The notes under the pieces are model-generated. The model ran no database searches. It was not told where the DNA came from and saw only the letters and a list, made by a program, of their open reading frames with translations. A program made the translations under genes and the position numbers. From the IMG/VR virus record IMGVR_UViG_3300031867_000002, positions 64,001-128,000 of that record: a stretch of DNA of 64,000 bases. The stretch is one strand, 5' to 3'. This document shows positions 1 through 9,551 of the stretch, one piece after another. This DNA is from a virus. Taxonomy: Duplodnaviria > Caudoviricetes. The number at the start of each line of letters is the position of its first letter. The first letter of the stretch is position 1.

Positions 1-698
1 GGCTGATAAACACAAATAATAAATCCTTTATCTTGTTCTTCTCCAAACTTCCATCTTAATGGAGAACCAGAATAATATATATGATTTTGATAACATCCAG
101 CAACGTGTACATGACCACATAATATAGGACCATTACATCTAGCAAAACAATGTATATCAAAAGTAGGATTCTTAGGAGCATTTAAATCCGCTTGATTCAT
201 TCCGTATATAGCTCCTTTTATATTACCATGCATAGCAACCATATCATATTCTCCAGAAAAGAATAAAGCATTCTCATAATACTCATATCCTTTACCATAT
301 TCTTCTGGAATACATAATACTTTAGTACCTTTAATATTTTCAAATTGCATGTGTTCTACTATCCTAATATCTACACCAGAATTGATATATCTATAGAACA
401 GTTTTAATTGGTCTGCATCATGAGAATAAGTTCCGTGAAGTAATACTAAAGTAGCATTATTCTGTATACATAACTTTACTATCTCATCAACGAATAATAA
501 AGCATACATGATTACATCTGAATTAGACATAAACTTGTGATGGAAAAGGTCACCATTAATAAAGAAAGCGTCAAAGTGAATTGGTCTAATCTTATTAACA
601 AGTCTTTCCATTAATAAGTCATATTGAATCTTTGGGTCCATAGCACCAAAATGAATATCGGCGGTATGAATCTCTATAAGCGGTTGATTAACGTACAT
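1..698 (-). CDS. SbcD/Mre11-like metallophosphoesterase DNA nuclease (3' end runs off the window)
   Basis: Not in the ORF track. Manual translation from ATG at 698 (GGAGG RBS at 706-710) gives MYVNQPLIEIHTADIHFG...NGDLFHH...LHGTYSHD...AMHG...CGHVH...YSGS, the phosphoesterase motifs of SbcD/Mre11. Confidence 0.85.
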   Translation of the reverse strand, partial: MYVNQPLIEIHTADIHFGAMDPKIQYDLLMERLVNKIRPIHFDAFFINGDLFHHKFMSNSDVIMYALLFVDEIVKLCIQNNATLVLLHGTYSHDADQLKLFYRYINSGVDIRIVEHMQFENIKGTKVLCIPEEYGKGYEYYENALFFSGEYDMVAMHGNIKGAIYGMNQADLNAPKNPTFDIHCFARCNGPILCGHVHVAGCYQNHIYYSGSPLRWKFGEEQDKGFIICVYQ

Positions 699-721
699 AA
701 CAAGACCTCCTAAAAATATAT

Positions 722-733
722 TAATTGAAAGTT
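722..733 (-). promoter_or_regulatory. late-type promoter AACT-N6-TA (one of 22 copies)
   Basis: AACTTTCAATTA on the minus strand just upstream of the nuclease RBS. The same motif precedes 22 genes (listed in findings). Confidence 0.7.
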
Positions 734-757
734 TCAGATTAAGTAATTATATATTTG

Positions 758-772
758 TATATTATTATAGTG
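758..772 (+). promoter_or_regulatory. early-type promoter TATATTAT-N6-G
   Basis: TATATTAT-TATAGT-G. The motif recurs 10 times before stand-alone cassettes or operons. Confidence 0.7.
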
Positions 773-853
773 AATAGTAGAGGTCAGACAATGCTATTCT
801 GAAACTCCACGAGGATATGGAGAATATAATACGTTTGCTTTTGAAAGGAGCTA
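772..853 (+). ncRNA. structured 5' leader, copy A (three hairpins, the last covering the SD)
   Basis: Near-identical to 30161-30242 with two compensatory base-pair changes. Confidence 0.65.
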
Positions 854-860
854 TTTTGTT

Positions 861-1313
861 ATGATTACAACATCTGAAAAAAGAGCCAATAAGATAATTT
901 TCCAAATCTCTGAGAATGAGAAAAAAATCTTTGAGAAAAAGAAAACTATCGAAAAACTCAAAAAAGAGTACGAAGAGATAGAAAAGAAAATGTATGAACT
1001 TAAAACACAAGTAGAATATGCAGAACAAGAAGTTAGTTGCATTGAAGAAGTTAATGAAAATTACAGAAAAGAATTAAGGTTGCAAAGAATGCAATCTTCT
1101 GCTGAAAAATTCTGTGAAGTTTTCATAGAAAAACAAGAAGGTCATAATCTGGCAAAATGGGACATTTTAACTAGGTTTATGGAAATCTATGGCAAAGATA
1201 TAATTAATACAAATGACTCAAGAGAAACAAAACGTTTCTTTTTGAGAATTACAAAATGCTTAGGAAATCCTCGTGAGGGAGTTTATATTGGGTACAAACT
1301 TGATATAGACTAA
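861..1313 (+). CDS. hypothetical early protein (N-terminal coiled coil)
   Basis: AAAGGAG RBS, own promoter and terminator, charged heptad-like N-terminus. Confidence 0.75.
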   Translation: MITTSEKRANKIIFQISENEKKIFEKKKTIEKLKKEYEEIEKKMYELKTQVEYAEQEVSCIEEVNENYRKELRLQRMQSSAEKFCEVFIEKQEGHNLAKWDILTRFMEIYGKDIINTNDSRETKRFFLRITKCLGNPREGVYIGYKLDID

Positions 1314-1317
1314 TCTT

Positions 1318-1354
1318 AAAAAGAAACCGTGCTGTAGCCTCACGGTTTCTTTTT
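1318..1354. terminator. intrinsic terminator
   Basis: AAAAAGAAACCGTG-loop-CACGGTTTCTTTTT. Confidence 0.8.
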
Positions 1355-1399
1355 CCTAATTTTACATAATCTATAACACTTACATAAGGAGGTGATATT

Positions 1400-2206
1400 A
1401 TGGATAATCCAACATATCTTTCTTTTGATTCTGGCATTACGGATGATAGAATTTATGCACATAGAGGAGATATATTTATCTGTAATGGACTATTCAAAGA
1501 ATTAGATACAATAGATAAGGATGACCATATATTAGGAAAATCTACAAGACCAGTTCTAATTATTTCTGATGATGAATACAATAGAGATATCGTAAAAGTA
1601 TTAGCATTCTCTTCTAAAGAAGGTTCTGGATATCAAGACTCTATTAACTCTTACAGAAGCATTAGGGTCCCTGGAGTTAATAACAATCCAAACCCAAGTT
1701 ATATTGATGTGTCTCAGGTATTTACTATAAATACATATCAATTAAAAGTCAAGTTAGGACATGCTTCTCAAGATATTGTAGATGCAGCTGTGGCTTTACA
1801 TACTTTACAAAATATAAATCAGAATAGTATTAGTACAATGATGAAAGTATTAAGAGATAGATTCCCAAATGCACAAGCATTTAAACAGAATAATACTGGA
1901 GTTGTTGTTAGTACAAAAAGCATGAGTATGATAGATAATATGAGAAGTCCATTTACTGATGTATTTACTAGTGTACAAAGAGTTAATGAAGAAGATTTGT
2001 TATGTGAAATCAAGAGTACCTTAAAAGAACCAGAAACTAAAGATGATGCATATGTGTTATATCAAGAGTGGTTATTAATGGGTACTGATTCATTCAGAAA
2101 TAAATATGGTTTGAGTAGGCAACAATATTATACACTTAGAGATAAGTGTGTAAATAAAATGTTGGGTAAGGTAAGTAACTTTAAGAAATACGACTGGTCG
2201 ACATAA
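1400..2206 (+). CDS. PemK/MazF-like endoribonuclease domain with C-terminal extension
   Basis: RGDIF...K.TRPVLIISDDEYN...VKVLAFSS...SYIDVSQVFTI...L..KLG matches the PemK/MazF pattern. Late-type promoter at 1375-1386. Confidence 0.7.
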   Translation: MDNPTYLSFDSGITDDRIYAHRGDIFICNGLFKELDTIDKDDHILGKSTRPVLIISDDEYNRDIVKVLAFSSKEGSGYQDSINSYRSIRVPGVNNNPNPSYIDVSQVFTINTYQLKVKLGHASQDIVDAAVALHTLQNINQNSISTMMKVLRDRFPNAQAFKQNNTGVVVSTKSMSMIDNMRSPFTDVFTSVQRVNEEDLLCEIKSTLKEPETKDDAYVLYQEWLLMGTDSFRNKYGLSRQQYYTLRDKCVNKMLGKVSNFKKYDWST

Positions 2207-2266
2207 ACAGAGAGTCTATATGACTCTCTGCAATTCTTTTTGTTTTTATCTATATATTATTATTGT

Positions 2267-2411
2267 GATAGTGAGTGTGATATGATAAAGATATCATGCT
2301 GGGTTGCCACTATTGCTCTATGATACGAGGGTAAACTATCCATCGAAATGGGACGATGATATTTCCCTAGCAGGCAAATTCCTGTGAATAAAAGGAAGGG
2401 TGGAGTCTATT
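2267..2411 (+). ncRNA. structured 5' leader of early cassette
   Basis: Starts at the predicted +1 G after TATATTAT-N6 (2253-2267). GATAGTG...CACTATT closes a stem, with internal GTGATAT/ATATCAT pairing. GC content is higher than the flanks. Confidence 0.5.
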
Positions 2412-3107
2412 ATGGCTACCATTAAAGTAAAATGTGGGATTAATAATCCTAAATGCTCTCCGAGAATTTTCGAAATTGAATCACTTGATTTCGAGAGGTC
2501 TCATATGACTAATCAGCAGCTTGAGTTGAATGCAAAGTTGCTGTGCATCCTCTCTAATTGCACTACGATACTCAGAGGAAGAGATACTAATCGTACAATT
2601 GCTGACATTACAATTGCTGATAACAACAGCATATTCTACAGAATTATGAGTATTACAAAGCTCATAAAAGCTATCGATAATTTTAAGCCATTTAACTTAC
2701 CGCTCGATTATATTCGTGCGGTTAATGACTGCCTCTACAAAACGGAAAATGAAAGAGCTTTCAGTTCGTCGCAGTGGAAAACATTAATAGGGAAAACCAG
2801 ACATCTTCAGTTATGCACAGCACAAAAAATTTCAGAAGTATTTATCGATGGTCTGACTACAGTATACAATAGAGATAATGATAAAACTATTCTTGTACCA
2901 ACATCAAGCGTTATCAAAACATTTAATATTACTGAAAAAGAACTCTATTATGGAGTTAGTATTAAGTGCAACGATGAAGAGCTTATATTGTGCGAGCAAG
3001 AATTGGAAAATCTTACTCTTGAGATTGATGAAGTGGTAAGACATAAACCCGACATCGAACTATTTGATTCTGCGATGATTGGCGTTATCGCAGCTTTCAT
3101 GGAATAA
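2412..3107 (+). CDS. hypothetical early protein
   Basis: ATG at 2412 follows GGAG. Flanked by an early promoter and the terminator at 3198-3230. Confidence 0.7.
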   Translation: MATIKVKCGINNPKCSPRIFEIESLDFERSHMTNQQLELNAKLLCILSNCTTILRGRDTNRTIADITIADNNSIFYRIMSITKLIKAIDNFKPFNLPLDYIRAVNDCLYKTENERAFSSSQWKTLIGKTRHLQLCTAQKISEVFIDGLTTVYNRDNDKTILVPTSSVIKTFNITEKELYYGVSIKCNDEELILCEQELENLTLEIDEVVRHKPDIELFDSAMIGVIAAFME

Positions 3108-3197
3108 AATTCCTACTCATAACTCATAAGTAAAGACTACAGTGAGCAAGGTAGATATTACTTAGAGTTAAAATCTTAAAACCCATCACAATGGATA

Positions 3198-3230
3198 AGA
3201 AGGCTGCGTCGACAAGCAGCCTTCTTTTTT
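3198..3230 (+). terminator. intrinsic terminator
   Basis: AAGAAGGCTGC-loop-GCAGCCTTCTTTTTT. Confidence 0.8.
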
Positions 3231-3283
3231 GTCTGTCTAGCGGAACTTTAATATAAAACCAATATTTGAAGGAGGGAGTTATA

Positions 3284-4219
3284 ATGCCAAAAACGTATAA
3301 TAACACGTTTATATATACTAAGTTTCCATATGAAGAACATATCTTTCGTTTTCTAATCAATGCAGATAGAATAGATAAAGATAGTCCTAAGTTTGAAGAT
3401 GTAAAATATGAATTTAAGAAAAGACAAGTTAATAATGGCTTGTTAAAAGTATTGTGTTCCAAGAATGTAATTCTGTTACAATCTCAGGCTCAGCCACTTA
3501 ATACTCAGTTTAGGGTAATCTGTTCTAGAGACCCTAAGTTTAAATCTAATACTGATTACAAAGTATTCATTGATTGTACTGGACTTATTGTAAATGATAA
3601 GGATGGTAATTATAAATGCCGTAGTATTGATATTCTAATTTCTCATGTTATTAATGCTATGGTTACTATGATTTATCATAAAGCTGAAAAAGAAGTATTA
3701 TCCACTTATCTTGTTAAGAATACTATGACTGCTTTCTCTGCTTTGTTTACACATGTAATCGATTACTTAGCAAAGATTTCTGTAATCTCTTCTACTAAGT
3801 CTAAATGTCAATTCTTATCATGTATGTACTTTGTAGAGAATATACTTCAAAAGGAATTCAATGAAGGATACCAACATATGGCTGGCTCCATTTGTAATCT
3901 ATCAGATAGAGAACAAGAGATGATTATGGTACAATGTGATGAAAAAGACTTTGATAATATTAAAGCCTTCGTTTCTAAACTTTCAGACATTATTAAAGTA
4001 CCATCTCTTAAAGTAGATAATATTATTGATAAGTGGATGTATCTCTATGGTACTAACACTGTATTTGCTCTTGAGTATTATCCAGCTTTGTCTGCTATGC
4101 TTACAGATGCATATTGTGGAGCTTATATAAATAATCAAAAGACTATTGAAAAGGTTGTAGGTAATACACTAGTAGAATATTCTAAAGATATTATTTCTAA
4201 AGGTGGAGGTATGGTATGA
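3284..4219 (+). CDS. hypothetical protein, probably virion-associated (first gene of a late operon)
   Basis: GGAGGGAG RBS before ATG 3284, late promoter at 3244-3255, ATGA overlap with the next gene. Confidence 0.65.
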   Translation: MPKTYNNTFIYTKFPYEEHIFRFLINADRIDKDSPKFEDVKYEFKKRQVNNGLLKVLCSKNVILLQSQAQPLNTQFRVICSRDPKFKSNTDYKVFIDCTGLIVNDKDGNYKCRSIDILISHVINAMVTMIYHKAEKEVLSTYLVKNTMTAFSALFTHVIDYLAKISVISSTKSKCQFLSCMYFVENILQKEFNEGYQHMAGSICNLSDREQEMIMVQCDEKDFDNIKAFVSKLSDIIKVPSLKVDNIIDKWMYLYGTNTVFALEYYPALSAMLTDAYCGAYINNQKTIEKVVGNTLVEYSKDIISKGGGMV

Positions 4220-7200
4220 GTACTTATCTTGAAGATGCTCAAGGTAAAATCGTATCTAATCCTATTAATGAAACCAATACTAAGTACGCATATACTCCTA
4301 AGAATGAAGATAATGTTAAGGATGCAAATAACCATCCTATAGACTATCAATATATGTATAATGATGATGAACCAGTTAGCAATATAGATACTGATGTGTT
4401 CTCAAGTTATCGTAATAAGACTGAAGAACTAAGAACAAAGACAGAGAGTTATTATGAAGCTCTTGAATCTTGTTTAGTTCCAGCTGAAATTCCAGGTATG
4501 GCATTTCAACCTTGGGAGTATAGAAAAGATAAGGATGAAGATGGAAATGATATACTGACTAAGATTAAGTCTCTTCAGTATTTCTTCCAAGACCATCCTT
4601 CTAATATAGGCTCTGATGCTAAAGAATTTGTTTTTCGTACTAATAAGGTAAAGTTTGTTGATGACAGACATCGTAGATTAATCTATGATAGAAAGATTCA
4701 TATTATGGCTTTACAAGAAGACGAAGATAATAAAGTATCTTTTAAAGATGTATTGCTTCGTACATTCTTTACCTATTATAATAATCAGTATTGGTGTAAT
4801 GTAAGAAATCTTAATGGTGTTCAGTATACGATTAATAACCTTATGTCTAGCATTATAACAGCTAATACTAAAACTAAAGATAATGAAAAACTAGTTGTAC
4901 TAGTTGAAAATGAAGAAACTGGTGATATGGAAGAAAAAGTAGTAGAATCTGTATTAGACTTTGATTATGTAATGCAATCTGGTCAAGATATAAATACTAC
5001 AATTCCAAGCACTGTATATAACTTATATAACATTGGTTGGATTCACGCATCTATGATATTCTTAAATGGATTAGCAATTCAATGGACTAAAGCAATTATA
5101 TCTGTAGATAATATAGATACATTTGTTATAGTATCTGGTCTAGATGAACCACTATCAAGTTATATAGATAATGAAAAAGAAATTACTATGGAATACATTC
5201 ATATTCCTTTCAAGTGTATCTATACAGTAGGTATAGAAAATGCTTCTAATATGAATTGTCCATATAGAGAATTTCTAAACTCAACTAAGACTAAATTTGA
5301 TACAGTACCATTTATGTTTGATAGACGATATGGTGCTATATTACAAGTCTCAGATTATTATAAGAGTGCTACATCTCATAACACTTATTATGATAGAGTA
5401 ATTTGTGTAGACCCTAATATTAAATTTGCTGAGTTTTATCTTAATGAGGGTAATATTAAAAGTAACGAATTTTATCTTCCTGATATCGGTATACAATATA
5501 ATCAAGACTTTAGAGATTTCTGTAATAATGATTATAGATGTAAACTTAAACAGTTTAACTTTATAGGATTTGAACTCAATAAAGATATTAATGAAGAATT
5601 CGGCGCTAATTCCTTATTGACATTAAAGAATGATGACTTTAAAGTAACTTGGCACCCATTCAATATTTTAGACATCAGATTCAAACGTCTATATAATAAC
5701 AGACGTCTATTTAAAGTATTCTACAATACTAAAGTTTTATATGACCAAGATAATATTCTTCGTATTAAAAATCATGATAAACTTGCAGATGAGTATGAAA
5801 AGTATAGACAAGATGTAACTGCCAATATTGAAACTTATCTCAATGAAGTTTATTTACTTGCTAAGAAAGATATTGGTACTTATATTAATATGAATAAGAA
5901 GACTTATACTTATGGATACAAATATCATTATGTAACTCCATATGAATGCTTCTTATTGTTTAATGCTATACATGGTTTACTTGGTAGACAAACAGTATCA
6001 TTTGATGAGTTTAGAAAACTAAACGTAATCAATTATGAAATCCACAAGAAATCCTCTGATGACGGAGGAGGAGGAGGTGGAGGTGGTGGAGGAGGAACTG
6101 GAGACGGTTTTGATTATATATATCCAGAATATATATATGATGAGCCAGACGATGATGATTATCCAGATGATACACCTTCTTCAGATACTGACGATGATGA
6201 TGAACCGAAAATAGATACAGAACACTATGTAGGATATATGCGTGGTGGATTTGTAGTCTATGATGATGACCATAATTTCTTTAGCGAAATGGTTAAAGAA
6301 AAAACATTGTTCGATAACGAAGGAAATCTTAATGTAGATATAAGAGCATTTTGGGAAACTATTATAGCTCTTGATAGTGTTGCTTATTTAACAGATTTCT
6401 TAATTCCTATAGATGATGTAAGAAATAAAGAAGATGACGAACCAGTATCTAGTAATCTATTCTATATGTATAATGGAGACAACAAAGGTAAGATTGAACC
6501 ATATTCTAAATATATGACTGGTTATTCTTTTGTACAAGAATATGATGATGTATCTTATGACTTCCTTAAACTTAGATTTGAAATGTCTTATCTAAACAAT
6601 ATGGAAGAAGGAGCAACTCCAGTAGATGAATTTATTTATTACTTTGATAATGATAACTTCTTGAAAGCTAATGCTGCTCCAGTTGTATCTTCTTACGATA
6701 AACGGTATACAACAAACTTATTAAATGCATTAGCATATAATGTATTTAAATCAGACCCACATCTAGTATTAGAGAGTATACTGAAATTAAATTACTCTGC
6801 TGACTATATACTTCCTAAGTCATTACCTGTTAATACAAGTAGGGATAATATAATTACTTCATCAGAAACCAATTCTATATATTCAGATTATCATAAAGAC
6901 CCAAGATATTTCTATAACTTTGGTTATTACGATAATGCTACACCTCATAAGCTTGTATCAGAATGGGGTCTTAGACGTAATCTTCCAGAAATGTTCTATT
7001 GGGCATTAGAGGAAGATGAGTATACTATAGATAGTATGCATCTCTTAGATGAAGTATTTGATTTCACATACGGGTTTGATAAATCTTATGAAGAGAATCT
7101 GTTTGGTCAAGGTGATAAAACTAAAGGTATGAACTATATTATCGGTTATGATGCTGATAAAATAGAAGCTACTATAAAACGTGGTATTACATCATTCTCT

Positions 7201-9531
7201 AGGACAGGTAAAGAGATTAAAGATTATATCAATTCTCATCCTACAGAACTATATACGAGTATAGATAGTTACAAAATGTTTACCTTTGTAACTAATAATA
7301 ACTATATTGTTACTACTAGTCTTGAAAGATTATATGCTACTATCAATAGAAACGGTAGTGTATCATTCTCTTATGTAGATGGCGATGGTATATATCATGA
7401 GAATGTAACTACTGATATAGAGCTTAGATACAGAGGACAAGTAAATCCTACTATTAAAATCAATACTACTGATTGTACTATTACTGATATAGATAAAGGC
7501 TTTACTGTTACTTATGCAGCAAATAAGACAGTCTATAATAATGATACTGAGCTATTAGAATTTTATGATGATAATAATAATTTACTTGTTACAATGCAAG
7601 TAGATAGAATTAGTTCATATACAAAACTTAGTATGTCACGTTGGAATATATCTAAACAAGATAACTATGTAATGATATTTAAGAATAGAGTATTGTATGA
7701 TAAGTACTATACTATTCATTATACAGATATTTCATTCGATGTAGATATGAATGAATCTGATGTAACAGATGATGATGTATTTGAATTTGTATTCTTCCTG
7801 AATGCTAATAACAGAATCATTGAAAAGAAATGTACATCAGCTAGTGATGTATCATTAACTGTTCCAAGTGCTTATATATCTAAGAGTAGTAATGGTATTA
7901 GAAAAGATACAAATAACGATGATATGGACAAAGGTTTATATCAAACTTTAACAAGTGATTATACTTTTGATAAACCTGCTATAGCATGTGATACAAGTTT
8001 ATTTGATGCAGAGAATATTCAATTGCTTGTAAATAAAATGCCTAGTCATAATGATGATACTTATAGTACATCTGATAATAAAGTTACGACATATGAGTTA
8101 AACCATGATGTATATTATTATAGAGCTACTATAGATAATGGTACTTCTGTAAACTATCAGAGATTTGTTTATAATATCGTGAAAGATACTAAAGTAAATG
8201 GTCTTTATAGACTTACTAAACAAGGTGGAGGAGAATATTTCTTAACCTTTGATGGTACAGTTCCAGAAAAGACAGATACTATAACTACAGATACATCTGA
8301 CCCAAAATTTATAGACTATGGTTATCCTACTGACAGAACTCTTACATTACCATATACAATATACTTATCTTCTAAACGTCAATTTAGATATCAACATCAT
8401 GTAATTTCAGAAAATCATGATTCTGCATATCTAATGACTTTGAATTCAGACTTTAAGTTCTGTACAAAGAATAGTCACGTACTGTTATTCAAGAATGGCC
8501 TATTATTACCACCAACTTATTACTATCTACATTCTATTATAAATACCCCTATAAATCATGTAGGTATAATATTCAATATTCCTCTTGTGAAAGATGATGT
8601 TATAGATGCATTCTATGTGACTAATGATTTACATCATCTTGAATGCGATTATTATGATGTCGTTAATCAAGAACGCTATATATCAAATGGTGATATTAGA
8701 TTAAACTCTCATGATAACGAATATAGAGTAATGGGTGAAGATAAAAACCAAGTAGATTATCCAGAAAAGACTGAGCATCCTGATTGGAGAACAAACTATA
8801 TTAAAATGCGTTCTCCATTATATGCAATTTCTAGTAAACATTCTACTTTTGTATTCTTAAATGGAAAGAAAGTTATGATGAGTGAACTAGAGGATATATC
8901 TGATACAATTATGTCTATCAATACAGATTATGCTCGTAATGGTGATGATATGGCTGCTGTACGTTTGGAAGTAATTAATCATTTAGATGTACAAGATATT
9001 ATTGAACAGATGTATATCAATGATGGTTTAATGCATAGTAAGTCAGATTGTAATCTTCAGTTTGGTAGTACAAACAAACCAGAATCTTATAAAGATACAT
9101 TACAGATAAATCAGTTTTCTCTTACAGACCTAGAGTCATATGCTAAGAGGACTTTATTAGACGAAATACTAAATGATTTGTCTGATGAGAATCTAAACAA
9201 GCTATTCTATAATTATGATAATGCTACTGGTCCTATGACTCAAGAAGGTGAATTAGAAGAACCAGACTTCATTAAACCAGACGAGATTATAGATGAAATT
9301 ATAGACGAGTATTATTATGAAGATGATGGTGATAAGTTTATTTGGCATACAATGCATGATGAAGACAACGGATTCTCTAATACAGTATTCTATATTGGTG
9401 AAAAGGATAGTGTTAGAGTACCTGTAATATGGGATGAAGAAAATGTAAAAGCATTATACGGTACAACCTTCAATAGAAATGATATTATTAAGAAAATCAT
9501 TATTCCTGAAGGTGTAGAAAGAATTGAGTAA
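4216..9531 (+). CDS. large virion (tail/baseplate-associated) protein ending in the N-terminal half of a BspA-type LRR
   Basis: 1771 aa with repeated (V/I)FxNG strands typical of jumbo-phage structural proteins and a Gly11/acidic linker. C-terminus is VRVPVIWDEENVKALYGTTFNRNDIIKKIIIPEGVERIE-stop. Confidence 0.6.
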   Translation: MSTYLEDAQGKIVSNPINETNTKYAYTPKNEDNVKDANNHPIDYQYMYNDDEPVSNIDTDVFSSYRNKTEELRTKTESYYEALESCLVPAEIPGMAFQPWEYRKDKDEDGNDILTKIKSLQYFFQDHPSNIGSDAKEFVFRTNKVKFVDDRHRRLIYDRKIHIMALQEDEDNKVSFKDVLLRTFFTYYNNQYWCNVRNLNGVQYTINNLMSSIITANTKTKDNEKLVVLVENEETGDMEEKVVESVLDFDYVMQSGQDINTTIPSTVYNLYNIGWIHASMIFLNGLAIQWTKAIISVDNIDTFVIVSGLDEPLSSYIDNEKEITMEYIHIPFKCIYTVGIENASNMNCPYREFLNSTKTKFDTVPFMFDRRYGAILQVSDYYKSATSHNTYYDRVICVDPNIKFAEFYLNEGNIKSNEFYLPDIGIQYNQDFRDFCNNDYRCKLKQFNFIGFELNKDINEEFGANSLLTLKNDDFKVTWHPFNILDIRFKRLYNNRRLFKVFYNTKVLYDQDNILRIKNHDKLADEYEKYRQDVTANIETYLNEVYLLAKKDIGTYINMNKKTYTYGYKYHYVTPYECFLLFNAIHGLLGRQTVSFDEFRKLNVINYEIHKKSSDDGGGGGGGGGGGTGDGFDYIYPEYIYDEPDDDDYPDDTPSSDTDDDDEPKIDTEHYVGYMRGGFVVYDDDHNFFSEMVKEKTLFDNEGNLNVDIRAFWETIIALDSVAYLTDFLIPIDDVRNKEDDEPVSSNLFYMYNGDNKGKIEPYSKYMTGYSFVQEYDDVSYDFLKLRFEMSYLNNMEEGATPVDEFIYYFDNDNFLKANAAPVVSSYDKRYTTNLLNALAYNVFKSDPHLVLESILKLNYSADYILPKSLPVNTSRDNIITSSETNSIYSDYHKDPRYFYNFGYYDNATPHKLVSEWGLRRNLPEMFYWALEEDEYTIDSMHLLDEVFDFTYGFDKSYEENLFGQGDKTKGMNYIIGYDADKIEATIKRGITSFSRTGKEIKDYINSHPTELYTSIDSYKMFTFVTNNNYIVTTSLERLYATINRNGSVSFSYVDGDGIYHENVTTDIELRYRGQVNPTIKINTTDCTITDIDKGFTVTYAANKTVYNNDTELLEFYDDNNNLLVTMQVDRISSYTKLSMSRWNISKQDNYVMIFKNRVLYDKYYTIHYTDISFDVDMNESDVTDDDVFEFVFFLNANNRIIEKKCTSASDVSLTVPSAYISKSSNGIRKDTNNDDMDKGLYQTLTSDYTFDKPAIACDTSLFDAENIQLLVNKMPSHNDDTYSTSDNKVTTYELNHDVYYYRATIDNGTSVNYQRFVYNIVKDTKVNGLYRLTKQGGGEYFLTFDGTVPEKTDTITTDTSDPKFIDYGYPTDRTLTLPYTIYLSSKRQFRYQHHVISENHDSAYLMTLNSDFKFCTKNSHVLLFKNGLLLPPTYYYLHSIINTPINHVGIIFNIPLVKDDVIDAFYVTNDLHHLECDYYDVVNQERYISNGDIRLNSHDNEYRVMGEDKNQVDYPEKTEHPDWRTNYIKMRSPLYAISSKHSTFVFLNGKKVMMSELEDISDTIMSINTDYARNGDDMAAVRLEVINHLDVQDIIEQMYINDGLMHSKSDCNLQFGSTNKPESYKDTLQINQFSLTDLESYAKRTLLDEILNDLSDENLNKLFYNYDNATGPMTQEGELEEPDFIKPDEIIDEIIDEYYYEDDGDKFIWHTMHDEDNGFSNTVFYIGEKDSVRVPVIWDEENVKALYGTTFNRNDIIKKIIIPEGVERIE

Positions 9532-9551
9532 TAGAGAGGTGGTAATTATAT

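Noticed and set aside
861-2206. 861-1313 as the antitoxin of the MazF-like gene
   Set aside because: The two are separated by a strong terminator and use different promoter classes, and 861-1313 has no AbrB/RHH-like N-terminus.
2267-2411. Self-cleaving ribozyme or known riboswitch in the early leaders
   Set aside because: No hammerhead core or other consensus was recognisable by eye. They are reported only as unclassified structured leaders.
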